Shown here: positions 1-18,666 of the stretch, piece by piece | Layout: each line of letters begins with the position of its first letter | Numbering within the stretch: the first letter of the stretch is position 1 | DNA from: Flaccisagitta enflata | Lineage: Eukaryota | DNA: 64,000 bases | Assembly (NCBI GenBank): GCA_965153355.1 | Contig: OZ231126.1 | Span: forward strand, 17,918,001-17,982,000 | Direction of reading: 5' to 3' | Position numbers and translations under genes: made by a program | Notes under the pieces: generated by a model | Databases searched by the model: none | What the model saw: only the letters and a program-made list of their open reading frames with translations | Told to the model about the DNA's origin: nothing

Positions 1-1964
1 GGTTTATTCTTATACATGTGCGGGTTTGTGCTTAATGCATCATATGAATGTTGAACAATATTACTACTTAACAACATCTAAAATAAGGACAAGAGCCTTT
101 GGAGCTCTAACTGGTGTTCAATATTACATTACGCAAAGATCGTGTTCCCCACCTTTAGGCCTATATCCAATTCCAACTGGCAGCAAGACTGGTTTCATAT
201 TCGCGTTATCACAATCAAATAGTAATTTCTTGGAACAGCGGCTTTTTGTCATTGTTGCGCGCTGAAAAGCCGAGTGAGATCTATCAAGAGTGAGAAACTA
301 ATTCTGGATCCAACTCTAGCCTAATAATTCGTCTTATGCCTCATCGCCTCTCCAGACAGACTAGGCTCCGGGGCTTCTTTGTTGCTTATGAGGAAGCAGC
401 CACAAAGAGATGGAGTAATGTTTTTATTCGCGTGCACGCGACTGTATAACCCGCTGTGTCCGCAACATAAGTGTGTTGGTCGGTCGGTCGGTCACACATT
501 GCCTTTTTTGGCCCAAATGCTTGGTCGGCCTAATTACCCGCACGCGACTTGGGCCTCGTTCACATAATATAATAAAATATAATATAATATAATATAATAT
601 GATATGATATAATATAATATAATATAACATGATATAATATAATATAATATAATATAATATATAGCAACCAACACAGACCCCTGAGAGTCCAAAAAATGGT
701 TGCTATTAGTTTTATTTCACGCCCTTTTGTCTTTTTGCCCCCGTATCTTACCCAACTCATATCATTGCTTCATAATGCAAAATAGCCTTAGATTAGGTCC
801 TCAACCCAGTAAAACATCAGATGAGGAACCAATTCGTATAGCAGCAGTCATTGTTATTATGAGTATGTGGACTAAGCAATGGGTACCGCGAAGCATCGAT
901 CTCTTATTTATCTCTTTATCTCTGTCTCCTTCCGTCTCCAAAGATATCTCCATCACGAATCCCATCACTTCACTTCACCACCTCTTTTCTTCCGCTTTTC
1001 TTCCCTCCAAGAGATCATTATCTCGCCATCGACAAATCTTTTTTAGTAATAAAAAAAAAGAAACGCTAAAATAACATGTGTTACTCAAAGAACCACCAAG
1101 ATTTTTTTTTTTTCATTCTTTTTTTTTTTTCGTTTTCCAGCTTTTATCGAAAATCAGGCATTGAAAGATATAAGGAAATGAAAAAAACAAGGATGATTGG
1201 GCCAACGGAGCGTCGGGTTTGAATTATAACTCTAGTTTTAACCCTGGTTTTAAATTAAGTTAATGATTAATCAAACTGACAAATAAATGAATGCGTGAAG
1301 GAATGTAAGGATGAATGTGTGAATAGTACTAAATGGTCGCAAAAGCTCTGGATGGTCCTCGGTACCCGACGTCCTTTAGTTAGTGTACGTGGGAATGAGA
1401 TGGTGAGAGGAGCAAATGACCCTTGCTTTGGAAGAATCATGGGCAATTATCGGGCGCGTAGGGTTGGGATAAAGACCTTTGGGCCACAATCCTTCGATTT
1501 GGACCTCGCGGCAGAGATTTGGGCCTTAAGCCTATCAATCAGGCCTTGAGACTGAGATTTGGACCTTGTGGCTGAGATTTGGGCCTTAAGACTGGAATGT
1601 GTACCTCGATGCATATATGGGCCTCAAGGCTGAAGTTTAGGCCTTAGGTCTTGAATATGGGCCTCGAGACAGAGATTTGTGCTTAGAGGAAAAGATTGAG
1701 GCCTCAAAGAGATTTGGGCCTTGAGGCTAAGATTTTCGCCCCAGGGCTGGGATCAGATTTTCGGTTCCAAGCAGGAATAGACTATTTTACATAAACAGCT
1801 GATTACATCTTTACTTCAAACTGAATGGAAGCTAAACCCCCGAAGCCAGTGCTATGAAATAAACAGTGCATGAATAAATAGAAGAGTAAGTGCCTTTTAC
1901 AAACTACACAAAAACAAATAAGCATTTCTAACAAGGCTGGTTCCACGGCAATCTCAGTTGTAGA

Positions 1965-3362
<1,398 letters not shown>

Positions 3363-4650
3363 TAGATGGATGAGTAGGAGCTGGTAATCTCACAAAATGA
3401 CTTTGACTTTGTATTTGCATGATTAACTGACCACGAGACGGACTGATGGACGGTTTTTTGAAGTGATGCGAGCATTCATCTCAAAACGGGGGAAGGAGAT
3501 AAAAAGAATTCGGATTGAAAAAAGATCGAAATATATTGATGTAAGGCTGTCCATTTTTTTCTGATCCTTTTTCAATCTCTCTCTTTGAATGATTTTTATT
3601 TCCAAACATTGGATATTCTTTGAGGGAGGTTGAAAAAATTGAAGCAAAATTGATTCTGCGAGTTTACCAAAAAAAAAAAAAAGATCAATGCATCAAAATG
3701 GGGACAAAATTACGTCAATAAAACTCGAGAAAAACGAGAAAAAGAAATATAGAAAAGGGATAAAAACAAAATAAGCGACGAGTTGATTTGATTAAAATGA
3801 TTAGTATGGGCGACCTCACCAAGAGAATAACTGATTGGCTGACCAACAGACCGACTTATTGGTGATTATGCACAGCGCTCCAGATCCCACCACCACAAAG
3901 AATGAGTAACTTTCACCCTCATATCATTTCCTTATTACCACCCATTTACCTACCAGGCCTGAGCGATTGTATATGGTATTGTATTTTCTGTCTGGGAAAA
4001 ATCCTTTCCGTTTTTAGTCGCGTACTACGCGACTCTGAAAGCCACTTTTTGGTTGGTCCGTCGGTCGGTCCGTTGGTCGGTCCGTTGGTTGGTCCGTCGG
4101 TCGGTCGGTCCGTCAGTCAGTAACAAAGTCGTAAATTAACGCAATTTTTAATGTCTTTTTGTAGGGAAGTATGACAAAAAAAATTTTTCTCCAAAACCCC
4201 AATCATTGGTATCAATCGATGCAGAATATCAAGGGCTTTCGATTGATACCCCATAATGCATATCTAAACTATTTTTCTAACATACTTCGCAATATATTGC
4301 CTTCGGCGCCGTTCTCACGAGTCTGTCACTTGTTTGGACATAACTCCTAACCAAATGAAATCCGTCTGGCGATGAAAATTTGACTTGGAACATGCAGGGT
4401 ATCCGTCCAGAATGAACTTGTCACATCATAAACCTAATGCTTTACCACAAAGACTCATTTAAGCTGTATATCACCACAATAGTGAAAGGGATGACGATCC
4501 GATAATCATTCTCAAAACTGCAAAGTGATTGTGATTTTCAAAACAATGTGGCAATATGGCAACGTCAAGGGGTGTGAGAAGGGGCAAGCGGTGGGGTGTT
4601 GTCTTATCAGCAGCTCTCTTTCTCTCTGTCTCTCTCTGTCTGTGTGCCAA

Positions 4651-4762
<112 letters not shown>

Positions 4763-6348
4763 CCTCCCTCTGAAATCAATGGAACAAGTGATGCGGGGTC
4801 ACAATATTGTTGCGGATGGGTGGGCAGGGGCATCCAACCCCCATCCACACCCCATGCCCCCCCTCACCAACAGACATAAAAAACCCACCTAAAATGCTCG
4901 TTTTTCCACTTTTCGACTCCTGCGCTATGGACAGATGGACGGACTGACAGACCAATGGACAGACAAAGCCTGTTATAGAGTTGCGTGTCTGCAACTGAAA
5001 CGGATGGACGACTGACAGACAGACGTGCACAGTCATTATAGAGTCCAAGAAAAAAAAAACTGAACAAAAGATGTAAAGCAATTGTCTATTCAAACAATTT
5101 TGTAAAAAAAAGTTGCGCCATTGCATTGAATGTAAAAGAAAGGCACAAATTGTAAATAAATTTTTAAGATCATCCAGTGAGTAAAATTCATGGAATCTCC
5201 ATTTGACAAAAGACGATAAGACTGAAAGACAAAACGACCAAGAGACAAAATGTAAATTGACTTAAAATAACTTTAAATGACTTAAAATGACTAAAAATGA
5301 CGTCAAACATCAGAAAAAGTTAGGCATCACGGACCGATGGACCGACGGACAGAGTGGGTCATAGTCGCGTGCACACAACTAAAAAGGCTAACCAAGCATT
5401 TTGGCAGGAGCAGTAATGCGAAAAACGCCCATAAACACAAAAAAAGCAGTGTTACCGACCAACCAACGGATGGACCAACCGGGTTATAGGGTCGTGTACA
5501 CGCGACTAAAAATCTAAAATCGGATAGTGAAAATTTACGAACAACGTACTGTTAATTTGCGTTTTAGGCGCAAGTTCCATGATGCTATTTTGGTTAGCAA
5601 CTTAGCACTTTTTAGTTGCCGACACGCAACTTTATAAGAGGCTTTGTCCGTCCGTCGGTCCGACCGTTGGTCCGTCCGTTGGTCTGTCCGTGGACACGAG
5701 TCAAAAAGTGGAAAAACGCGCATTTCCGCCCCTGCCCACCCGTCCGCAACTGGTATTGGCCGTGTATCTGGCCTTGTTAAGAGATGCTTTGTCTTTTTAT
5801 TGAAACTGCGTTGCCTCGTAGAAATAGAAAAAAGAATGAAACCAGATTTAGAATCAGCATGGTCGAAACTATATGTTCTTTTATGTACAGCGGCGTACAG
5901 GCCTAATTACAAGCGTAAAAGCATCTTATTTCACAGCAAGTCTTATTTATGTAAACGTCAGTTATTTTCACTTACTAAAAAATGACTCTCTGACTCAAGG
6001 GGCCCTTTCTATGTAATACCAGACAAGCAAAATGATTGATTTATCATTCTTAAATCATATTTTCATATTCACTTTTCTGGTTTAAAAAAAACAGTCGTTC
6101 TTTTTAGTTGCGTGCATGCAACTCTACAACTCGCTTTGTCCATCCGACCGTCGGTCGGTTGGTCGTTCGGTCACATTTTACTTTTTTTATGATTTTTTTT
6201 CTTCAACCTCACTGCTCCTGCCCAAATGGTCTATTGACCTCAAATACAGCCCCTGCCCACCCGCACGCGACTTTGCTAGCCGTGTATCCGGCCTTGTTTC
6301 TCTACTTATCACTCCACAAACTAAACTGCCGTGCAGAAGTTCCTAGTA

Positions 6349-6932
6349 ACGGTGGCAAAAAAAAAACGGAACAAATTGTTTTGATGATTTTTGCTAAAGT
6401 GATGACTGTAACCATAGAAAATCCATGACCATTTGAAAGCTCTGCAAAAGATCTTTCATATGCGACGTTGCTGGTCATTCTAGCTTTTTCCGTTTAGAAA
6501 TGGTGTAAGAATGAATGAAAACATTGCCATATTCAATTTGCGGTCAGATTGAATAAAAAATAGTGATTCACTTTAACAAGCTCTAACTTTTAAACGGTTT
6601 GAGATACAGATCTGGGATTGGTCTAGAATAAAAGAAAATTAAAAAATCTATAAATTACACTAAGAAAAAAGTTCAAATTATTAATTTTTAATCATTTTTT
6701 AATAAAACAACAGAGAGGAACAACCTCTACGACTTCAACTTTTACATTCATGACCACCTCTTCTTTATTACTGTCTCATTACTTAACGAATAAAGACAGA
6801 ACAGCCAGCATGGTCTCATTTTGAAGATCTTTCGCAGAGCTTTCAAACGGTCATGGATTTTGCTATGTTTTTCTCATTGGATGCTTTTAAATCTTTAAAA
6901 AACATTTTGTTCCGTTTTTTTTTTGCTACCGT
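6349..6932. mobile_element. TA-flanked MITE
   Basis: TA|ACGGTGGCAAAAAAAAAACGGAAC ... GTTCCGTTTTTTTTTTGCTACCGT|TA; interior similar to 35682-36094. Confidence 0.75.
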
Positions 6933-7595
6933 TAAGCTAGTGTTTTTTTAAGTCTTTACAAAGGAGACTGCGTCTTCCAATGACTATAGCGTTACTCAGG
7001 ATGAATTTAGATAAAATCTGAAAGCAGATTTGAAATCAGCGTTGTCGAAACATTAAGTTATGTGACGAACAGCAGCGAACAGGCCTTTTTGCAAGCATGA
7101 AAGCATTTTTCATCGCATATATCTTTACTTAATGAAAATTGAGATTTTTTTCATCGAAAAAAAGAGACATACCTAGTCTTATGACTGTTCCAACGTGATA
7201 CCAGTTGCAAAAAAGTATCAAATATTCATTTTTCTTAATATTATTATACTCATTTGGCCTGTTAAAAAAATCAGTCAACTTTTTTCCTCCTTGGTTCATC
7301 CCACAAACTGAACTTCATAAGTTCCTACTTTTTGAAAGAAAAAAAATGTTTGTCTGTCTGTCTGCCTGAATTTTTTTGAAAGTGCCGACGCACGCGACTT
7401 AGGTCTAATGACCTTGTTTTTTATCATTGTGGGATTGATGGCAGGAGACTAGATTTGGTTGATGAAGTAGAAACAGGAGCTTTAGGTGGTGGTGGATTGG
7501 ATGTGATGGCATTTTATAGCTCAAAGTCAGCGTTTTCTTCAATACATCAACTGGATTTAGAACCGTTCTTGATTTATGCAATTTGATTTGAAAAA

Positions 7596-10500
7596 AACAA
7601 GGCCAACACCTATAAGTCGCGTGCAGGACAATAATAACTGAACTGACCTGTCTCCTTATTGTATCTTTTTAATGAAAATCAGACTTAAACGCAACCCAAA
7701 ACAGACCCAAACCAGACTCAAACCAGACTCAAACCAGACTCAAACCAGACTCAAACCAGAATTAAACCAGACCGAAACCAGACATAAACCAGACATAAAC
7801 CAGACATAAACCAGATTTAAGCCAGACTCAAACTAGACTCAAACCAGACTCAAACCCTACTCAAACCAGACTCAAACCAGGATCAAACCAGACTCAAACC
7901 AGACTTAAACCAGACCAAAACCAGACCAAAACCAGGCTCAAACCAGGCTCAAACCAGGCTCAAACCAGAATCAAACCAGACTCAAACCAGACTCAAACCA
8001 GACTCAAACCAGAATTAAACCAGACCAAAACCAGACCTAAATCAGTCCTAAATCAAACATAAACCAGACAAAAAACAGACATAGACCAGACCTAAACCAG
8101 ACCTAACCCAGACCTAAACCAGACATAAATCAGACATGAACCAGTCTTAAACCAGACTTAAACCAGACGTAAACCAGACTTTAACCAGACTTAAACCATA
8201 CTTAAACCAGACTTAAACAAACTTAAACCAGACTTAAACCATTAGATTTAAACTAGCAGACTTAAACCAGCAGACTTAAACCACCAGATTTAAACCAGCA
8301 GACTAAAATGACCAAAATGACCAAAAATGATCGAAAATGATCGAAAATGACAAAAATGACCAAAAATGACCAAAAATGACCAAAAATGACCAAAATGACC
8401 AAAATGACCAAAAATGACCAAAAATGACCAAAAATGACCAAAAATGACCAAAAATGACCAAAAATGACCAAAAATGACCAAAAATGACCAAAAATGACCA
8501 AAAATGACCAAAAATGACCAAATTGACCAAAAATGAAAAAAATGAAAAAAATGAAAAAATGACAAAAATGACCAAAAATGACCAAAAAATGATTAAAAAT
8601 GATTAAAAATGATTAAAAATGACCAAAAATCACCAAAAATGACCAAAAATGACCAAAAATGATCAAAAATGATCAAAAACGACGAAAAATGACCCAAAAT
8701 GACCCAAAATGACCAAAAATGACCCAAAATGACCCAAAATGACCAAAAATGACCAAAAATGACCAAAAATGACCAAAAATGACCAAAAATGACTAAAGAT
8801 GACCAAAGATGACCAAAGATGACCCAAAATGACCAAAAATGACCAAAAATGACCCAAAATGACCCATAAAACCAAAAATGACCAAAAAATTACCAAAATG
8901 ACCAAAAATGACCAAAATGACCAAAATGACCAAAAATGACCAAAATGATCAAAAATGACCAAAAATGACCAAAATGATCAAAAATGACCAAAAATGACCA
9001 AAAATGACCAAAATGACCAAAATGACTAAAAATGACTAAAAATGACCAAAAATGATCAAAAATGACCAAAACGACCAAAAATGACCTAAAATGACCAAAG
9101 ATGACCAAAGATGACCAAAAATGACCCAAAATGACCCAAAATGATCAAAAATGACCCAAAATGACCCATTAAACCAAAAATGACCAAAAATGACCAAAAA
9201 GTTACCCAAATGACCAAAAATGACCCAAAATGACCCATAAAACCAAAAATGACCAAAACGTTACCAAAATGACCAAAAATGACCCAAAATGACCCAAAAT
9301 GACCAAAAATGACCCAAAATGACAAAAAAAACAAACAAAAATGAGCAAAAAGACCAAAATGACCAAAAATGACCAAAAATGACCAAAATGACCAAAATGA
9401 CCAAAAATGACCAAAAATGACCAAAATGATCAAAAATGACCAAAATGACAAAAATGACAAAAATGACAAAAATGACGAAAATGACCAAAAATGACCAAAA
9501 TGACCTAAAATGACAAAAATGACAAAAACGACCAAAAATGACTAAAAATGACCAAAATGACAAAAATGACAAAAAATGACTAAAATGACCATAAATAAAA
9601 TGATCAAAATGACCAAAATGGCCAAAAATGATCAAAATGACTAAAAAAGACCAAAAAAGACCAAAAATGACCAAATATGACCAATATGACCAAAATAACC
9701 AAAAATGAAAAAAATGACCAAAATTGATCAAAAATGATCAAAAATGATCAAAAACGACCAAAAATGACGCAAAATGACCAAAAAATGACCAAAAAATGAC
9801 CAAAAATGACCAAAAATGACCAAAAATGACCAAAAATGACCAAAAATGACCAAAATGACCAAAATGACCAAAATGACCAAAATGACCAAAATGACCAAAA
9901 ATGACCAAAAATGACCAAAAATGACCAAAATGACCAAAATGACCAAAAATGACCAAAAATGACCAAAAATGACCAAAAATGACCAAAAATGACCAAAAAT
10001 GACCAAAAATGACAAAAAATGACCAAAAATGACCAAAAATGACCAAAAATGACCAAAAATGACCCAAAATGACCAAAAATGACCAAAAATTACCCAAAAT
10101 GACCCATAAAATCAAAAGTGACCAAAAAATTACCAAAATGACCAAAAATGACCAAAAATGACCAAAATGACCAAGATGACCAAAAATGACCAAAATGATC
10201 AAAAATGACCAAAAATGACCAAAATGATCAAAAATGATCAAAAATGACCAAAAATGACCAAAATGACCAAAAATGACCAAAAATGACCAAAAATGACCAA
10301 AGATGACCAAAGATGACCAAAGATGACCAAAAATGACCCAAAATGACCCAAAATGACCCAAAATGATCAAAAATGATCAAAAATGACCCAAAATGACCCA
10401 TAAAACCAAAAATGACCAAAAAGTTACCAAAATGACCAAAAATGACCCAAAATGACCCTTAAAACCAAAAATGACCAAAAATGACCAAAAAGTTACCAAA

Positions 10501-11256
10501 ATGACCAAAAATGACCCAAAATGATCCAAAATGACCAAAAATGACCCAAAATGACCAAAAAAAAAAAAAAAAAAAAAATGAGCAAAAAGACCAAAATGAC
10601 CAAAAATGACCAAAAATGACCAAAATGACCAAAATGACCAAAATGACCAAAATGACCAAAATGACCAAAAATGACCAAAATGAGCAAAATGACAAAAATG
10701 ACCAAAAATGACCAAAAATGACCAAAAATGACCAAAATGACCAAAAATGACAAAAATGACAATAATGACCATAAATGACAAAAAATGACCAAAATGACAA
10801 AAATGACCAAAAATGACTAAAATGACCATAAATAAAATGATCAAAATGACCAAAATGACCAAAAATGATCAAAATGACTAAAAAAGACCAAAAATGACCA
10901 AAAATGACCAGATATGACCAATATGACCAAAATGACCAAAAATGACCAAAAATGACCAAAAATGACCAAAAATGACCAAAAATGACCAAAAATGACCAAA
11001 AATGACCAAAAATGACCAAAATGACCAAAATGACCAAAATGACCAAAAATGACCAAAAATGACCAAAAATGACCAAAAATGACTAAAAGCAACCAATAAT
11101 TCCCAAAAACAACAAAAAAAATGACTCAAAATAACTCCAGACGACCCAAAAAGACGCAAAAAAGCAAAGTGTTACGGACCGACCGACAGACCGACAGACC
11201 GACCGACCGACCGACCGACAGAGCGGGTTGTAGAGTCGCGTGCACGCGACTAAAAA
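7596..11256 (-). mobile_element. Satellite-carrying HINE/DINE-1-like element, copy A
   Basis: 5' TTTTTAGTCGCGTGCACGCGACT hairpin, (GGTC)n, ~2.8 kb (GACCAAAAAT)n, a short 14-mer block, (AAACCAGACTC)n, 3' CACGCGACTTATAGGTGTTGGCCTTGTT. Same unique segments as copies B and C. Confidence 0.88.
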
Positions 11257-11524
11257 TCATTGAAATTCTTGAATAACATCGAATTTCTCAAATGGGCTTT
11301 GGGATATTGATTTTTAAGGCGTCTTGTTCACGAGTGACTTTGGTATGCCAACCAGTCTCCAAATGTAGCATGTTGCACTCAAGCCCCTCATGGCTATGAA
11401 CATTTTCTATCCATTAGGTTACAAAAGTATTTATACTTATCAGGTAAACGTATGTTCAAACTCCCCATTGACCCTGAAATCGGGTTGGAAATTTGAGCCC
11501 TACAACTCGCAAAAGTGAGACATA

Positions 11525-12179
11525 CACTCTTTTTTTTTTATAAGCACGCACTTTTTTTGGCTGAAGCTGAGCGTGCTTAGCAAAATCTCATTTTCAAGGC
11601 TGAAATGTGCTTAAAAGTGTGCTTATCATTTATCGGTTAGTAATTATCCTATTTGGTATAATGTAGAATTGAGTATAGTATAGAATACAGTAATGAATGT
11701 ATTTTGCATATAATAATATACAGTATCTTTTGCTGACGTAGTTCTACTTTTATATAAACCATGGGATGAGATCAGTATCTTGATTTGATATAAATTTTTT
11801 TAGATTTTAGTGTTATTTAGAATCATGATATATTATTGTTTTTTAGTGGTTCTTGTTACAGCAATAAATCAACAATAGTATTTAAGCAATAATGTTCTTA
11901 AATGTTATTAGAAATCCAATTATTTTTATTAGTATCAAATCCTGAATTTATTAACAGATTGATATTAAAGATAATTTCAATTTCTATCAAAGTTTCTATT
12001 GGTTTTTGTGAAATTCCAACTAAAAATGTTTAAAAATTAGCATATTTTTGAAATTTCATCAAAATTTTTTTTCGAATTGAAAATCTCAGCCTGGAGTGTG
12101 CTTAGCAATGTGCTTAAATTTTCCCAATATCTGAGGCTGGGCGTGCTTATAAACGAGGTGCTTATAAAAAAAAAAAGTG
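11525..12179. mobile_element. TA-flanked MITE (CACTCTTTTT..ATAAG family)
   Basis: TA|CACTCTTTTTTTTTTATAAGCAC ... GTGCTTATAAAAAAAAAAAGTG|TA. Confidence 0.8.
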
Positions 12180-12465
12180 TATTTCTAAGCGCAAAAAGCC
12201 GACTTAAGAAGGAGAAGAAGCATGAAGGGAAAGAGGGATAGGAACAACTAAGAAGGGCCACCTGGAGAAAGGAGGGAAGAAGTGAAGCTTTTTAAAGCCT
12301 AGAGAGTAGAGAAGAGAAGAAGAAGAAATTTAAGTGCGCCTTGTTTAATGTTTATTCATAATCCTTGGAAGGACCTGAAAAGGCGAAAAGGTTTCAGGCA
12401 AAATTAGATTCGAGGCTCAAGAAGATTTTCCTCATGTTTGATATATACACACGAACAACGATGCT

Positions 12466-13010
<545 letters not shown>

Positions 13011-13638
13011 CAGTTAAGGTACAGTGAGGGATATTGTTCCACTTGTCAGTTGTCAGAAAGATAACCATGAAACGTTTACAGCACGTGAAAGTTCATGCCC
13101 TATAACTACAAATTGTTGGTGGGTGTGCCTTGATAGCGGGCGCTCTCTAGTGCGACTGTTATCAATTTGTATCCTATCCGTTCATCTGGATCAATGGACG
13201 GATCGACTGACGAAGACACTTGTAGAGTCGCGTGTCAGGCTACTAAGAACATTACTAACAAATGTTTGACGGGTTAACCAATTGACTGACGCGACGTGCC
13301 CAATTAGTCATTGACACTTGGACTCGTCTTCTCGGCATTATTCTGTACTCACCCTTTTGCGACGAATAAGACGCGAATTAAATGCGACGAAGTTGACAAA
13401 GAGCGAAGACCTTTATCGCGGTTGTTCCTACATTGCGCGTGAAGGAGGATTGGTGTTTGGTTCTTCCGAAAAAAATGATAAGTTGTGAATATTTGTTCAC
13501 TAAGTGAGCATGAAGGGAGAAAGGCGCTTATTCAATTCCGAAACAAACAATTAGTGAATTTTTGTTCATTTAATGAACATAAAAGGGGGAAGGGTGCTCA
13601 TTTTATTCCAAAACAAACAAATTGTGAATTTTTGTTTA

Positions 13639-14063
13639 CACTCTTTCTTTTTTATAAGAACGAGATTTTTTTTCAAAGGCTTCATGTTCTTTTTTTCAAG
13701 GCCAAATAAAGCCTTCAACGATCTTAGAATGTTTTTAATTTCAAAAACTATATAGACTATAGAAAACCCTATAATATACTATTAATCAATTACACTAAAC
13801 ACATTTTTATTAAATACTGTTAAAAAACGTCAATTATTAAAGTCTGGGGATATTTCCATGATGTTTATTTAAAAATTATAAAACATCATCTTAATTACAC
13901 TAAAATTCAAGTGTATTCCTAATGTTCTTCAAATGATATTGTAAGCGAATTTTTTTTCTCAAGATTTAAAGCCTTCGTATGTTCTTAAGATGTTCTTAAT
14001 TTTGGGGCTATTTGAAGCCTTGATGTTCTTATAAACTAGGTTCTTATAAGAAAAAAAAGAGTG
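13639..14063. mobile_element. TA-flanked MITE related to 11525-12179
   Basis: TA|CACTCTTTCTTTTTTATAAGAAC ... GTTCTTATAAGAAAAAAAAGAGTG|TA. Confidence 0.8.
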
Positions 14064-14411
14064 TATTTAGTGAACGTGAAGGAGGATGTTGGCCGAAAGT
14101 ATCAAGTCGATGGAGTGACTCGCGCAGGTCATTTGCATATTATCATCGACGCTCAAAATCTTTGTACTGAACTGCTGATTGCGATTGATCATCCTCCATT
14201 TTACGATTTTAGTTTTTTTTTCTCTTTTGCTTTTGATGCAAATACAACCTGATCATTTCCTCACAACAAAATCAGTCATATTCAATAATCAGTTCCAGTG
14301 CGTTCAATAGGCTATTACGGTCTAATTTGAGTCTTAAACATCACTTTACCATGCGCATAAGTGTAACCGGCCGTTTATACTATAACAACACCGACCCCAG
14401 CAACAAAAAAG

Positions 14412-16400
<1,989 letters not shown>

Positions 16401-17123
16401 GCAACTCGATATTCACAGAAGGCGAGTTAGTCGAGATCCATCTACATGTATCTTTTTGCGCCAACATTATTGGCCCAGCACACGCCTCCTCGGTTCGTGA
16501 ATATTTGATCAAAGTAGTTTAGGATCGGCGGGGTTTTGAGACCGTTATCGTGGTAAGGTAGCGCGCAACGAGGATAAACTTTGACAAAGCGTCATGATGT
16601 CATGGGTCGTAACTACGTTGAAGAAATGGTTATCGCGGTAAAAGTAGGACAATCACACACAGAACACGGAGGAACCATCAGCATAGCCGCAGTAAAAGCA
16701 AGGATTGCCAGTCCCCATTCTCTGTGAGACCAAATTGCTGTTCTAGACGTAAATGAAAGCCGACTGCTCTCTTCAAATTTTCACTTTTTCAAGCAATTTC
16801 GACCTGTCCCTGGTCTGCAAAAAGAGGAAGGCGAAACAAAGACTATCTCTAAAGTGAAGGCCTATTAGGCTATTACGCATGCAGGTGGCCAGGGGTAATG
16901 AGTCGCTATTTGTGACTAAGTTATGGAATCCAAACAGTCAGAACTATAGATGCGGGGGGGATTTGGTTATGTAGCTCAAGGGATGCTAGGACCTATCTAA
17001 AAATGATTGGGAGTGGTGTGGGAGCCTCCCACTGAGAGGGATGGAATTGGTGATTGGATTTTTGGAAAAAGTGCAACGGACCGACGGACGGACGGACAGA
17101 CCCTCTTATAGATTCTCAAAGAC

Positions 17124-17223
<100 letters not shown>

Positions 17224-17778
17224 TTCCTTCTTTCTCCTTGATTTTGTTTGCGTTTTCAAAGACGTTTTATTGATCTCAACTTTGGTCCGTTTTTAGAACC
17301 GAACCGGTTGTAACTGTCCGTATACTCACGATCACCGACAACCGACAACACTTTTTGGCGGTCAGGATATTTATTTACGGCGCTTCGTAAACGTTTTAAA
17401 TGGTATCGGTTTAGTTTGCGCAATAAGGATGACAGATGACAAATAAAGAGAGAGCGGTGAAGAGAAAACAATAGCCAAATTATGAACAAATGCATTTTTA
17501 ATCGCGTGTACACGACTCTATAACCCGCTATGTCGGTCGGTCGGTCCGTTGGTCGGTCCGTCTTTCGCCGTTAGTTTTTAAGTCGTTTATGAGTGGTTTT
17601 TGTATTACTGCTCCTGCCCAAAAGCTTGGGTTCGCCTTTTCATCATTGCCCCTGCCCCCCCCCTCCCGGCACGCGACATCGATAACCGGGTATCCGGCCT
17701 TGTTTTTTGAGCAGCGGCTCCAAAGGGGACGAAGTCCTGTAGAACACAGGGGGAATCTGTCCGTACGTATGTATTTAA

Positions 17779-18231
17779 AGGGGTCCAGAAAAGACCAAAC
17801 CATAGAAATCAGTAATTAAAACGGCCTCACTAGCCCCGTTTTTCGTGCTGAAGCCAATGGTCACGGTCCCGAGACCGCCAAATGACCGGGCACCCCACCA
17901 CCATGGCCCTGAATCGGCATAACTATATTTTTTACATATTTTTGCTATTTTTTGGTAGTAAAATGGAGTTAGTTTTATCTGAATTACATAAAAACCATTC
18001 AGAACACTCAAGGCTGGTCATATGACTATGAGCTTATCATTACTGTCCTAGAACTAATGATGACCATTTGTACTCCATATACCACTTTTAGAGGATCATG
18101 GGGCCCTGTATCGAGCATTTTTTTCAATTTTGCGGCTACTGAAATAGTCCCTGCAGAATTGATGTTTTCACTACAGCTGTGGTTGTCCTTATGCTGTTCT
18201 TGTTGATACAGTATTTGCTCCTATTTAGGTC

Positions 18232-18327
<96 letters not shown>

Positions 18328-18418
18328 TTACTGTTATGAATTTTTATCGACAAATATACTTCTAATATCTTATTTTGGCTGCTTTTTATCCTTTCTATTG
18401 AGCTTCCTAAGACAGCAT

Positions 18419-18505
<87 letters not shown>

Positions 18506-18601
18506 TTTGTCATTGGTGTTTGTTGGATTGGTCCTGTTGGACCCATTGGTTGTTTTTTTCTATCGAGCATTCTATTATAGCTTTGGTTGTTGTGGTTGTG
18601 G

Positions 18602-18666
<65 letters not shown>

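Noticed and set aside
7700-8300. Regular short repeats as a CRISPR array or telomere repeat
   Set aside because: No unique spacers, no cas genes, eukaryotic context; the arrays are internal to HINE termini.
8262-11159. Many ORFs of FGHFWSFLVI repeats (also 32717-33206 and 50236-51081)
   Set aside because: Translations of the stop-free decamer satellite, open in all three frames; no coding evidence.
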